In this document: positions 51,983 through 60,430 of the stretch, piece after piece
How positions within the stretch are numbered: the stretch's first letter is position 1
How the letters are laid out: each line of letters opens with the position of its first letter
Source: an uncultured Dehalococcoidia bacterium
GTDB lineage: Bacteria > Chloroflexota > Dehalococcoidia > Tepidiformales > Tepidiformaceae
Direction of reading: 5' to 3'
Length of the DNA stretch: 64,000 nucleotides
Assembly: GCA_938015525.1 (NCBI GenBank)
Contig: CALLPC010000025.1
Coordinates: 28,340-92,339, forward strand
Program-made: the position numbers and the translations under genes
The notes under the pieces: generated by a model
Told to the model about the DNA's origin: nothing
The model's database searches: none
Seen by the model: the letters and a program-made list of their open reading frames with translations, nothing else

Positions 51983-53611
51983 GTGCCGTTCCAGAGCCGC
52001 CTCAGCCGCCGTGCACTCCTTGGCGCCACGACCGCCTCCGCCGCCGGCCTCGCCGGCCTCGCCCTCACCGGCTGCGGCGGCGATGATGACGAATCCGCCG
52101 CGACGGCCACGCCGGCCGCGGGTACCGATACCTCCCCCGCCACCCAGGCATCCCCGACCCGCGCACCGCGTCCCTCCGAGTTCGTCGTCGCCAACGAAGC
52201 CGAGCCCGATGACCTCCTCCCCTACTTCAGCGGCTTCGCCCAGGTCCTCGTCCTCCGAAACGTCTACGAAACGCTCTTCGAAGTGCGCCTCGAAGCCGCC
52301 CCCGACGGCTCCGCCACCCTCAAGTACGTCCCCATGCTCGCCGAAAAGTGGGAGCAAACCGCCCCCGATACCTTCCGGTTCACCCTCCGCAAAAACGTCC
52401 TCTTCCACGATGGCGAGCCCTGGGACGCGAACGCCGCAAAGGCCAGCTTCGATGCCCTCCGCGACCCTCAGACAGCCTCCGCACTCAAAAAAGCACCCTA
52501 CCTCGCCCGTGCCATCAAAGCCGTCAACGTCGTCGACTCGATGACCATCGACATCGTCACCGCCGAGCCGACCAACATCAACGAGCTCGGGCTCTTCATC
52601 CGCCTCTTCTTCTCCGCCGTCTCCCCGAAGGCCCTCAAAGACCGCGGCCTCCCCGCCATGCTCGAATCCCCCGTCGGCACCGGCCCCTTCCGCCTCGAAT
52701 CCTGGACCCGCGGCCAGCAAATCCGCCTCAGCAAATTCGACCGCTACTGGGACCCCAACGCCACCAACATCCCTGCCGCCCGCTTCATCACCCGCAAAGA
52801 AGCCTCCGTCCGCGCCCAGACCATCAAGACCGGCGAAGCCCACTTCGCCTACAACATCGGCGTCGAGCAGGGCGCAACCCTCCCCCGCCAGCTCGTCGCC
52901 GGCGGATTCCAGTCCAACTCCATCCGCCTGAACAACGCCATCGCCCCCACCAACGACATCCGCGTCCGTCGCGCCATCAACCTCGCAATCGACCGCGACG
53001 CCATCAACAAGAGCATCTTCAAGGGCACCGCAAAACCCATCGGCTTCTTCGCCAACCAGCCCGTCAACGTCCGCCCCTTCCCCTACGACCCCACCCAGGC
53101 CGCTCGCCTCATCTCCGAAGCTGGCGTCAAGGGCACCGAACTCCAGTTCGTCTACGGCGAAGGCCGCATCCCCGAGGAGGACCAGCTCGCCGAGATCTTC
53201 AAGTCCTACCTCGACGCCATCGGCCTCAAAATCCGCCTCACCAAACTCGAACCCCGCCAGTACAACGAGCTCGGCGGCAAGCCCTTCCCCGAGCAGCCGC
53301 CCCTCTACATGGAGACCACCAGCAACGGCAACTACGGCGAAGTCGCCACCGCACTCCGCGACAAGTACGGCTGCGAGGGCACCGGCACTTTCTGCAAGCC
53401 CGAATTCGACGACCTCTACCGCAAAATCGGCACCCTCTCCGGCGACGAGCGCCAGCGCCTCCTCCAGGACGTCGCCCGCCGCCTCCAGGAAGAAGAAACA
53501 CCCCGCTGCTGGGTCGTCGCCGTCAACCAGGTCCACGGCATCGCACCCGATGTCGTCTCCCGGGTCCCCCTCAACGCCTACGTCCTCCTGCGGGACTTCA
53601 GCTTTGCATGA
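51983..53611 (+). CDS. ABC transporter substrate-binding lipoprotein, family 5 (peptide/nickel/opine type)
   Basis: The GTG start has GGGAGG upstream. Twin-Arg-like signal plus lipobox (SRRALLGATTASAAGLAGLALTGC). The SBP_bac_5-like body includes FTLRKNVLFHDGEPWDA. Confidence 0.85.
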   Translation: MPFQSRLSRRALLGATTASAAGLAGLALTGCGGDDDESAATATPAAGTDTSPATQASPTRAPRPSEFVVANEAEPDDLLPYFSGFAQVLVLRNVYETLFEVRLEAAPDGSATLKYVPMLAEKWEQTAPDTFRFTLRKNVLFHDGEPWDANAAKASFDALRDPQTASALKKAPYLARAIKAVNVVDSMTIDIVTAEPTNINELGLFIRLFFSAVSPKALKDRGLPAMLESPVGTGPFRLESWTRGQQIRLSKFDRYWDPNATNIPAARFITRKEASVRAQTIKTGEAHFAYNIGVEQGATLPRQLVAGGFQSNSIRLNNAIAPTNDIRVRRAINLAIDRDAINKSIFKGTAKPIGFFANQPVNVRPFPYDPTQAARLISEAGVKGTELQFVYGEGRIPEEDQLAEIFKSYLDAIGLKIRLTKLEPRQYNELGGKPFPEQPPLYMETTSNGNYGEVATALRDKYGCEGTGTFCKPEFDDLYRKIGTLSGDERQRLLQDVARRLQEEETPRCWVVAVNQVHGIAPDVVSRVPLNAYVLLRDFSFA

Positions 53612-54528
53612 CCTCCTACCTCCTGCGTCGCCTCGCCGCCTCGGCGGTCGTCATCCTCGTCCTCCTCGTCGGTGTCTTCTTCGCCACCCACTACATCGGC
53701 GACCCTGCCTTCCTCCTCGTCGACCGCGAGTTCCTTTCCGAAGCTGAGCGGCAGGAGGTTATCCGCCAGGGCGGCTTCGACCGCCCCCTCTGGGACCAGT
53801 TCGCCGACTTCATGTCCGGTGCCCTCCGCGCCGATTTCGGCACCTCCATATGGCAGAATCGCCCTGCCACCGCCCTCGTCCTCGAGCATGTCCCCCGCAC
53901 CGGCCTTCTGGCCGGCGCAACCCTGGCAATCGTCATCGCAGCCGTCGTTCCCCTCGCCCTCCTCGCCGCGCGCACGCCCGGCTCCCCCCTCCACGCCGCT
54001 ATCACGACCCTCGCCACCGCTGCCGGCTCCCTCCCCGGCTTCTGGCTCGCGCTCGCCCTCACCTATGTGTTTGCGGTCGAGCTCCGCTGGCTCCCCACCG
54101 GCGGCTACGGGTCATGGCGCCACCTCGTCCTCCCTGCCGTGGCCCTCGCCGTCGGTCCAATCGGCCGGTACACCCTCGTCCTCGAAGCCGCGCTCGCGGG
54201 CCAGCTCCGCGAAAACTACGTCCGGACCGCCCGCGCCAAGGGCCTCACCGAGTCGACCGTCCTCCTCCGCCACGTCCTTCGTAACGCCAGCATCATCGGC
54301 CTCACCCTCCTCGGCGGCGAAATCATCCTCCTCCTCAACGGAACCGTCCTCATCGAAACCATCTTCTCCTGGCCCGGCGTCGGCGGCCTCGCCTACACCG
54401 CCGTCACCCGCCGCGACCTGCCCGTCCTCATGGCCTCCGTCTTCTACGTGGCCGTCATCGTCCTCATCGTCAACCTCGTCGTCGACCTCGCCTATGTCGC
54501 TGTCGACCCCCGGGTCCGCCTCAAATGA
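53608..54528 (+). CDS. ABC transporter permease (DppB/OppB-like)
   Basis: MTSYLLRRLAASAVVILV N-terminus and an EAA-like loop (YVRTARAKGLTESTVLLRHVLRNA). ATGA overlap with the SBP stop. Confidence 0.9.
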   Translation: MTSYLLRRLAASAVVILVLLVGVFFATHYIGDPAFLLVDREFLSEAERQEVIRQGGFDRPLWDQFADFMSGALRADFGTSIWQNRPATALVLEHVPRTGLLAGATLAIVIAAVVPLALLAARTPGSPLHAAITTLATAAGSLPGFWLALALTYVFAVELRWLPTGGYGSWRHLVLPAVALAVGPIGRYTLVLEAALAGQLRENYVRTARAKGLTESTVLLRHVLRNASIIGLTLLGGEIILLLNGTVLIETIFSWPGVGGLAYTAVTRRDLPVLMASVFYVAVIVLIVNLVVDLAYVAVDPRVRLK

Positions 54529-55436
54529 CGTCGCTCGCACACCCCGCAAAAGCTGCCCCCTCCCCCACCGCAATACCCCCCGCCGGCCGGCGCCTTCCCC
54601 GAGCCCTCACCTGCCACCTCGCCGGCTTCCTCGCAGCCGTCATCCTCGCCCTCATCGGCGCGGCCGCGCTCCTCGGCCCCGCCCTCCCCCTCCCCGACCC
54701 CGCCGCCCCCGACCTTACCGCCCGCCTCCAGCCACCGCTTTCGCGCGGCGCCGATGGGACCCTCCACCTCGCCGGGACCGACCAGCTCGGCCGTGACGTC
54801 CTCGCCCGCACAGTCGCCGGGGCACGCGTCTCCATCGGCATCGCCCTCGCTGCCGTCGCTCTCGCCGGTTCCATCGGCACCATCCTCGGCCTCATCTCCG
54901 GCTACCGCGCTGGCACCATCGATTACCTCCTCATGCGCCTCGTCGACCTCCAGATGGCCTTCCCCTCGCTTCTCCTCGCCATCTTCCTCCTCTACCTCCT
55001 CGGCTCCAGCCTCGCCAACCTCGTCGCCCTGCTCGTCATCTTCGCCTGGGCCGGCTTCGCGCGCGTCGCCCGTGCCGAGACGCTCCGCCTGCGCGCCCAG
55101 CCCTATATCGAGGGTGCCGTCGCCGTTGGCGCATCCACTCCTCGCATCCTCTTCCGCCACATCCTCCCCCACCTCATCCCCGTCATCGCCGTCGTCGCCG
55201 TGTTCGACTTCGCTGGCGTCATGCTCGCTGAGTCCAGCCTCAGCTTCCTCGGGCTCGGCGTCCAGCCCCCGGGGACCTCCTGGGGCCTCAGCCTCGCCCA
55301 GTCCCGCGAGTTCCTCTATGCCGGCGCCTGGTGGCTGTTCGTCATCCCCGGGGCCGCCCTCTTCCTCACCACCCTCTCCGCCAACCTCGCCTCCCGATGG
55401 CTCCAGCTCGTCCTCCGCGTCGGCGACCGCCCCTGA
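54525..55436 (+). CDS. ABC transporter permease (DppC/OppC-like)
   Basis: GTDQLGRDVLAR, an EAA-type loop (PYIEGAVAVGASTPRILFRHILPH). ATGA overlap with the upstream permease. Confidence 0.9.
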   Translation: MTSLAHPAKAAPSPTAIPPAGRRLPRALTCHLAGFLAAVILALIGAAALLGPALPLPDPAAPDLTARLQPPLSRGADGTLHLAGTDQLGRDVLARTVAGARVSIGIALAAVALAGSIGTILGLISGYRAGTIDYLLMRLVDLQMAFPSLLLAIFLLYLLGSSLANLVALLVIFAWAGFARVARAETLRLRAQPYIEGAVAVGASTPRILFRHILPHLIPVIAVVAVFDFAGVMLAESSLSFLGLGVQPPGTSWGLSLAQSREFLYAGAWWLFVIPGAALFLTTLSANLASRWLQLVLRVGDRP

Positions 55437-55440
55437 CGCC

Positions 55441-56529
55441 TCACACCCGCTCCGCCACCGCGCTCCCCATCGTCCGCGTGTCCACCACCCTCGCCCCCGG
55501 CCCGGCGATGTCCGGCGTCCGCAGCCCTTCCCGGATGACCGCTTCGACCGCACCCTCCACGGCCCGGGCCTCCGCCTCCAGCCCCAGCGACAGCCGCAGC
55601 ATCATCGCCGCGCTCAGGATCATCGCCAGCGGATTCGCCTTCCCCTGCCCGGCGATATCCGGCGCACTCCCGTGAATCGGCTCATACAGCCCGATGCCCG
55701 TCCCGTCCTTCCGTCGCCGCCCGAGGCTCGCCGACGGCATCATCCCCATAGACCCCGCCAGCATCGCCGCTTCGTCCGTCAGGATGTCGCCGAACATGTT
55801 CTCCGTCACGATGACATCGAAGCTCGCAGGCCGCCGCACCAGGTACATCGCGCACGCATCGACGAGGATGTGCTCCAGCTCGACGTCCGGGTACTGCTTC
55901 CCAACCTCGCTCGCCACCTCCCGCCACAGCTGCCCCGTCCGCAGCACGTTCGCCTTATCCACGCTCGTCACTTTCCTCCGCCGCTGCCGCGCCAGCTGGA
56001 ACGCCACGTGACACACCCGCGCGACCTCCCGCTCGCTGTACCGCAGCGTATCCACCGCCTGCCGTCCCTCCGCGCTCTCCCACCGCCGCTTCGGCTTCCC
56101 GAAATACAGCCCCCCCGTAAGCTCCCGGATGACCACCAGGTCCACCCCCTCCAGCACCTCCGGCTTCAGCGTGCTCTCCCCGATCATCTCCGGAGCTATC
56201 TTCACCGGCCGCAGGTTCGCGAACAGCCCCAGCTGCTTCCGCATCCCGAGAATCGCATCCTCCGGCCGCACGGCCGCCCGCGGGTCGTCCCACTTCGGAC
56301 CCCCCACCGCGCCGAACAGCACCGCGTGCGACGCCCTCGCCTTCGCTACCGTCTCCGGCCGAAGCGCGACCCCGTACCGGTCGATTGCCGCTCCCCCGAT
56401 CGTCTCCTCCTCCAAGACGAACTCGTGCCCGAACCGCCGTTCGATGCGGCCCAGCACCTTCAGCGCCTCTTCCATCACCTCCGGGCCGATCCCGTCGCCC
56501 GGCGTCACCAGGATGCGAAACGTCGCCAT
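55441..56529 (-). CDS. leuB: 3-isopropylmalate dehydrogenase
   Basis: [40 protein letters not shown] and [14 protein letters not shown]. The ORF was trimmed to the ATG at 56529. Confidence 0.95.
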   Translation of the reverse strand: MATFRILVTPGDGIGPEVMEEALKVLGRIERRFGHEFVLEEETIGGAAIDRYGVALRPETVAKARASHAVLFGAVGGPKWDDPRAAVRPEDAILGMRKQLGLFANLRPVKIAPEMIGESTLKPEVLEGVDLVVIRELTGGLYFGKPKRRWESAEGRQAVDTLRYSEREVARVCHVAFQLARQRRRKVTSVDKANVLRTGQLWREVASEVGKQYPDVELEHILVDACAMYLVRRPASFDVIVTENMFGDILTDEAAMLAGSMGMMPSASLGRRRKDGTGIGLYEPIHGSAPDIAGQGKANPLAMILSAAMMLRLSLGLEAEARAVEGAVEAVIREGLRTPDIAGPGARVVDTRTMGSAVAERV

Positions 56530-56582
56530 GGCCCCGTATTCTCCCGGCCGGGCGCCGCAGCGTCGACCTCGCCCGCCTCCCT

Positions 56583-56972
56583 TCAGTCCTCCATATCCGC
56601 GTCGGCACCCCGGGGCAGCCGCAGGTCCGCCGGGTTCGGTGCCGTCGGGACCGGCACCTGGTCGTCCGCCCCCAGCGGCGGGATCGAGATGTTCGCCACC
56701 ACCGCCTCCCCATCCAGCGGGCTCGCCCGGTGCACGCTCCCCGGCCATACCGCCAGCACCTCATACGGCTTCAGCACCGTCTCCACCCCGTCGACTTCCA
56801 CTACCACGCTCCCCTCCAGGGCCACGTACAGCTGCATCGACCGCCGGTGTACGTGCGAGCCGACCGCATCACCCTCGCCGCCCATCCGGATCACCCGGAC
56901 GCTGGCAGACGGGCATTCGTAGTCGGTCAGCAGGTGATACAGCCCAACCGGGACAGGACGGGTCGCGGACAT
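56583..56972 (-). CDS. cupin-domain protein
   Basis: [25 protein letters not shown] fits the cupin motif 1 pattern. SD AAGGAGG lies 6 nt upstream. Confidence 0.6.
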   Translation of the reverse strand: MSATRPVPVGLYHLLTDYECPSASVRVIRMGGEGDAVGSHVHRRSMQLYVALEGSVVVEVDGVETVLKPYEVLAVWPGSVHRASPLDGEAVVANISIPPLGADDQVPVPTAPNPADLRLPRGADADMED

Positions 56973-57033
56973 TCTCCGCCTCCTTCACGTTCTTCCGCTC
57001 CAGTGTGCGCCGATCCCGGCCGTTCGTCGCGGG

Positions 57034-57840
57034 TCATCCGTGTCCCCGGGACGGACCCGGCAGGCCCTCACCCCCGCCATCGAACCAGCGCACCTCCCGG
57101 CCGAGCGCCCGCTCCAGCCGCGCCAGGTACTCCCGCCGCGGCACTTCCACGCCGCCCATCCGCGCCGTGTGCGGGTTTAGCACCTGGATATCCAGGAGCT
57201 CCACCCCGACGGCCCGGCAATGCTGCACCATCGCCGCCGCTGCCACCTTCGAAGCGTCCGTTTGCCGCGTGAACATCGATTCCGCCCCGAACATCGCCCC
57301 CACCGCCAGCCCATACAGGCCGCCCGCCAGCTCATCCCCGAGCCACACCTCGAAGCTGTGCGCCCAGCCCAGCGCGTGCAGCTCACGGTATGCCGCCATC
57401 AAATTCGGGGTCAGCCAGGTCTCTTCCCGTCGCTCCCTGCAGCCCTCGATGACCTCGTCGAACGCCGCGTCCACCGTCACCCGAAACCGCCCCGACCGTA
57501 TCGTCCGCCCCAGCCGCCGCGATACCGTGAACGTCTCCAGCGGCAGGATCGCCCGCGGATTTGGCGAACACCACCAAAGCTCGTCCTCCTCGTCCCGCGG
57601 CCAGGGGAAATACCCCAGCCGGTACCCCGCCACGATCACCTCCGGCGTAAACTCCCCGCCCGTCACGTACACCGTCTCGTCTGACCGTGCCAGCGTCTCC
57701 GGCCCCGGCACCGAATACCGCGACCGGGGCAGCGGCCGCGCCGGCCCCGCCGTGCAAACCTCGAGGGCGATGGGGCACGGCCGGCCCCTGCTGTCCCGTA
57801 CCGCGACGTCCGGCCCGCCCAGTCTCGTCAACGCGCTCAC
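57034..57840 (-). CDS. aat: leucyl/phenylalanyl-tRNA--protein transferase (with ~40-aa N-terminal extension)
   Basis: VIVAGYRLGYFPWP, WWCSPNPRAIL and GGLYGLAVGAMFGAESMF are Aat signatures. A GTG at 57840 overlaps the upstream stop (GTGA); the exact start is uncertain. Confidence 0.8.
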   Translation of the reverse strand: MSALTRLGGPDVAVRDSRGRPCPIALEVCTAGPARPLPRSRYSVPGPETLARSDETVYVTGGEFTPEVIVAGYRLGYFPWPRDEEDELWWCSPNPRAILPLETFTVSRRLGRTIRSGRFRVTVDAAFDEVIEGCRERREETWLTPNLMAAYRELHALGWAHSFEVWLGDELAGGLYGLAVGAMFGAESMFTRQTDASKVAAAAMVQHCRAVGVELLDIQVLNPHTARMGGVEVPRREYLARLERALGREVRWFDGGGEGLPGPSRGHG

Positions 57841-58274
57841 CCGCCCGGCCCCCGCCGTCCCCCGATGACGAACGTCACCAGCCCCGGGGTCACCACCCGG
57901 CCCGCGCCATCCCGTACCCCCACCTGCGTGAACGCCCCCGTACGCCCCATCTTCACGACCCGCGCCTCGGCCACCAGCTCCGTCCTGCGCGCCGGCGCAC
58001 GGGACGAAACGTGCAGGTCGCCCGCCGCATGCCGCCGCGCCCGGGTCTCCAGTTCCTGCCCGGGCGTGCGCACCGCGCTGCCGGCGCACGAATCGCCCAG
58101 GCTCGAGACCACGCCCCCGTGCACCGCGTGGTTGCAATCCAGGAGCGCCTCGCGCAGCCGTATACGGTTCACCACCCGCCCTGGGACCGCCGATACGGTC
58201 TCGATGCCGACCAGGTCCCGGCACCGCCCGCGCGCCCGCGCCTGAAGCCGCGCCGTCAGGTCACCCTCGTCCAT
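57837..58274 (-). CDS. PaaI-family hotdog-fold thioesterase
   Basis: NHAVHGGVVSSLGDSCAG matches the PaaI/4HBT class II motif. 145 aa. Confidence 0.75.
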   Translation of the reverse strand: MDEGDLTARLQARARGRCRDLVGIETVSAVPGRVVNRIRLREALLDCNHAVHGGVVSSLGDSCAGSAVRTPGQELETRARRHAAGDLHVSSRAPARRTELVAEARVVKMGRTGAFTQVGVRDGAGRVVTPGLVTFVIGGRRGPGG

Positions 58275-58331
58275 CGCCGGAAGCCTACCCCGCCCCCAGT
58301 CTGCCGCACCAGACCCGGCTGTCTCCGCCCC

Positions 58332-58940
58332 TCACCGGGCCATCAACGCCTCCGTCCTCGGCAGCCACGCCGGCCGCCCCTGCTCATATGCCGCGATCCG
58401 GTCCTCCAGCTGCAGCGTGAGCCCGATGTCGTCCAGCCCGTTCAGCAGGCAGTACTTCACGAACGGGTCGATCTCGAACCGGCGGCTCCACGTCCCGTCC
58501 GCCGTCGCCACCGTTTGCGACTCGAGGTCCACCACCAGCTCTGCCTCTGGCAGCTCCTCCGCCCGCGCCACCAGCCAGTCGCAATCCTCCTGCGGCAGCG
58601 TCACCGTCAGCAGCCCCACCTTCGCCGAGTTGTTTCGGAAGATATCCGCGAACGACGGCGCGATGATGACCCGAAGCCCCATGTCGTCCAGCGCCCACAC
58701 CGCGTGCTCACGCGAAGAGCCGCAACCGAAGTTCGGGCCCGTCACCATGATCGGCGCGCCCTGGTAGACCGGCCGGTTCAACACGAAATCCGGGTCCTTC
58801 CGCCACTCGTCGAACGCGAACGGCCCGAACCCCGTCCGCTCGATCCGCTTCAGGAACTCCTTCGAAATGATCTGGTCCGTATCCACATCCGCCCGGTCCA
58901 GCGGGATGACCCGCCCCCGAACCGTCTCGAACTTCTTCAT
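58332..58940 (-). CDS. leuD: 3-isopropylmalate dehydratase small subunit
   Basis: [17 protein letters not shown] and [13 protein letters not shown]. Its ATG overlaps the leuC stop (ATGA). Confidence 0.95.
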   Translation of the reverse strand: MKKFETVRGRVIPLDRADVDTDQIISKEFLKRIERTGFGPFAFDEWRKDPDFVLNRPVYQGAPIMVTGPNFGCGSSREHAVWALDDMGLRVIIAPSFADIFRNNSAKVGLLTVTLPQEDCDWLVARAEELPEAELVVDLESQTVATADGTWSRRFEIDPFVKYCLLNGLDDIGLTLQLEDRIAAYEQGRPAWLPRTEALMAR

Positions 58941-60349
58941 TGTGACTTCCACTCCCGGATGTCGACGAAATGCCCCGCGATCGCCGCCGCTGCCGCCATC
59001 TGCGGGCTCACCAGGTGCGTCCGGCCGCCCCGCCCCTGCCGCCCCTCGAAGTTCCGGTTCGACGTGCTCGCGCACCGCTCGCCCGGCAGCAGGATGTCCG
59101 GGTTCATCCCGAGGCACATCGAGCAGCCCGCATCCCGCCACTCGAAGCCGGCTTCCTTGAACACCCGGTCGAGCCCCTCCTCTTCCGCCTGGCGCTTCAC
59201 CAGGCCAGAGCCCGGGACCACCATCGCCCGCACGTGCGGCGCCACCTTCCGCCCCCGCACGACCTCGGCGGCCGCCCGCAGGTCCTCGATGCGGCTGTTC
59301 GTGCACGACCCGATGAACACCCGGTCGAGCCGAATCTCCTGGATCGGCGTCCCCGGTTCGAGGCCCATGTAGTGCAGCGCCCGCTCCGCCAGCTCCCGTG
59401 CCTGCGGCGTCGGCGCCTCCGACGGGTCTGGCACCCGGCCCGTCACCGGCACGCTCTGCGCCGGCGTCGTCCCCCACGTCACCGTCGGGACGATCTCCGA
59501 ACCGTCCAGCGTCACATACGCATCGAACACTGCCCCCTCATCCGTCGGCAGCGACCGCCAGTAGTCCAGCGCCCGCTCCCAGTCCGCACCCTTCGGCGCC
59601 AGCGGCCGCCCCTCCATATAGGCGAACGTCGTCTCGTCAGGTGCGATCAGCCCGGCCCGCGCCCCGCCCTCGATCGACATGTTGCAGATGGTCATCCGCC
59701 CTTCCATCGAAAGCTTCCGGATGACCTCGCCCCGGTACTCGATGACGTGCCCGACGCCGCCCGAGACGCCGATCTTCCCGATGATGCCAAGGATGACGTC
59801 CTTCGCCGTCACCCCCGGGTGCAGCTCCCCCGTCACCTCCACCGACATCGTCTTCGGCTTCGCCTGCGGCAGCGTCTGCGTCGCCAGCACGTGCTCCACT
59901 TCGCTCGTCCCGATCCCGAACGCCAGTGCCCCGAACGCCCCGTGCGTCGACGTATGACTGTCCCCGCAGACAATCGTCATCCCCGGCTGCGTCAGCCCCT
60001 GCTCCGGCCCAATCACGTGCACGATCCCCTGCCGGATATCCTCCACCCCGAACAGCGGGATGCCGAACTCCTCACAGTTCCTCCGCAGCGCCTCCACCTG
60101 CTGCACCGAGAGAGGGTCCGACCACGGTTTGTCCCGGTCGATCGTCGGCACGTTGTGGTCCACCGTCGCCAGCGTAAGCTCCGGGTGCCGCACCCGCCGC
60201 CCCGCCAGCCGCAACCCCTCGAACGCCTGCGGCGAAGTCACTTCGTGCACCAGGTGGAGGTCGATGAACAGCAGGTCCGGCTTCCCCGGCTCGCTCGCCA
60301 CCACGTGCTGTTCCCAGATCTTCTCGATGATCGTCTTCGGTCTGCTCAC
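58937..60349 (-). CDS. leuC: 3-isopropylmalate dehydratase large subunit
   Basis: Aconitase-family motifs [35 protein letters not shown] and [11 protein letters not shown]. The GTG start has AGGAG 5 nt upstream. Confidence 0.95.
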   Translation of the reverse strand: MSRPKTIIEKIWEQHVVASEPGKPDLLFIDLHLVHEVTSPQAFEGLRLAGRRVRHPELTLATVDHNVPTIDRDKPWSDPLSVQQVEALRRNCEEFGIPLFGVEDIRQGIVHVIGPEQGLTQPGMTIVCGDSHTSTHGAFGALAFGIGTSEVEHVLATQTLPQAKPKTMSVEVTGELHPGVTAKDVILGIIGKIGVSGGVGHVIEYRGEVIRKLSMEGRMTICNMSIEGGARAGLIAPDETTFAYMEGRPLAPKGADWERALDYWRSLPTDEGAVFDAYVTLDGSEIVPTVTWGTTPAQSVPVTGRVPDPSEAPTPQARELAERALHYMGLEPGTPIQEIRLDRVFIGSCTNSRIEDLRAAAEVVRGRKVAPHVRAMVVPGSGLVKRQAEEEGLDRVFKEAGFEWRDAGCSMCLGMNPDILLPGERCASTSNRNFEGRQGRGGRTHLVSPQMAAAAAIAGHFVDIREWKSQ

Positions 60350-60430
60350 GGGACTCCTGTCGCCTTCGGCCCCGCTCGATGCGGGCGTCTCACCCCGAAG
60401 TGTAGCAGCCTCCCGGCTTCCCGCCGGTGC

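Noticed and set aside
60350-60430. Possible leucine leader-peptide attenuator or T-box upstream of leuC.
   Set aside because: Only 81 nt are available. There is no Leu-rich mini-ORF, no T-box specifier/antiterminator pattern and no terminator hairpin with a U-tract. The region contains just a short GC hairpin and the leuC SD.
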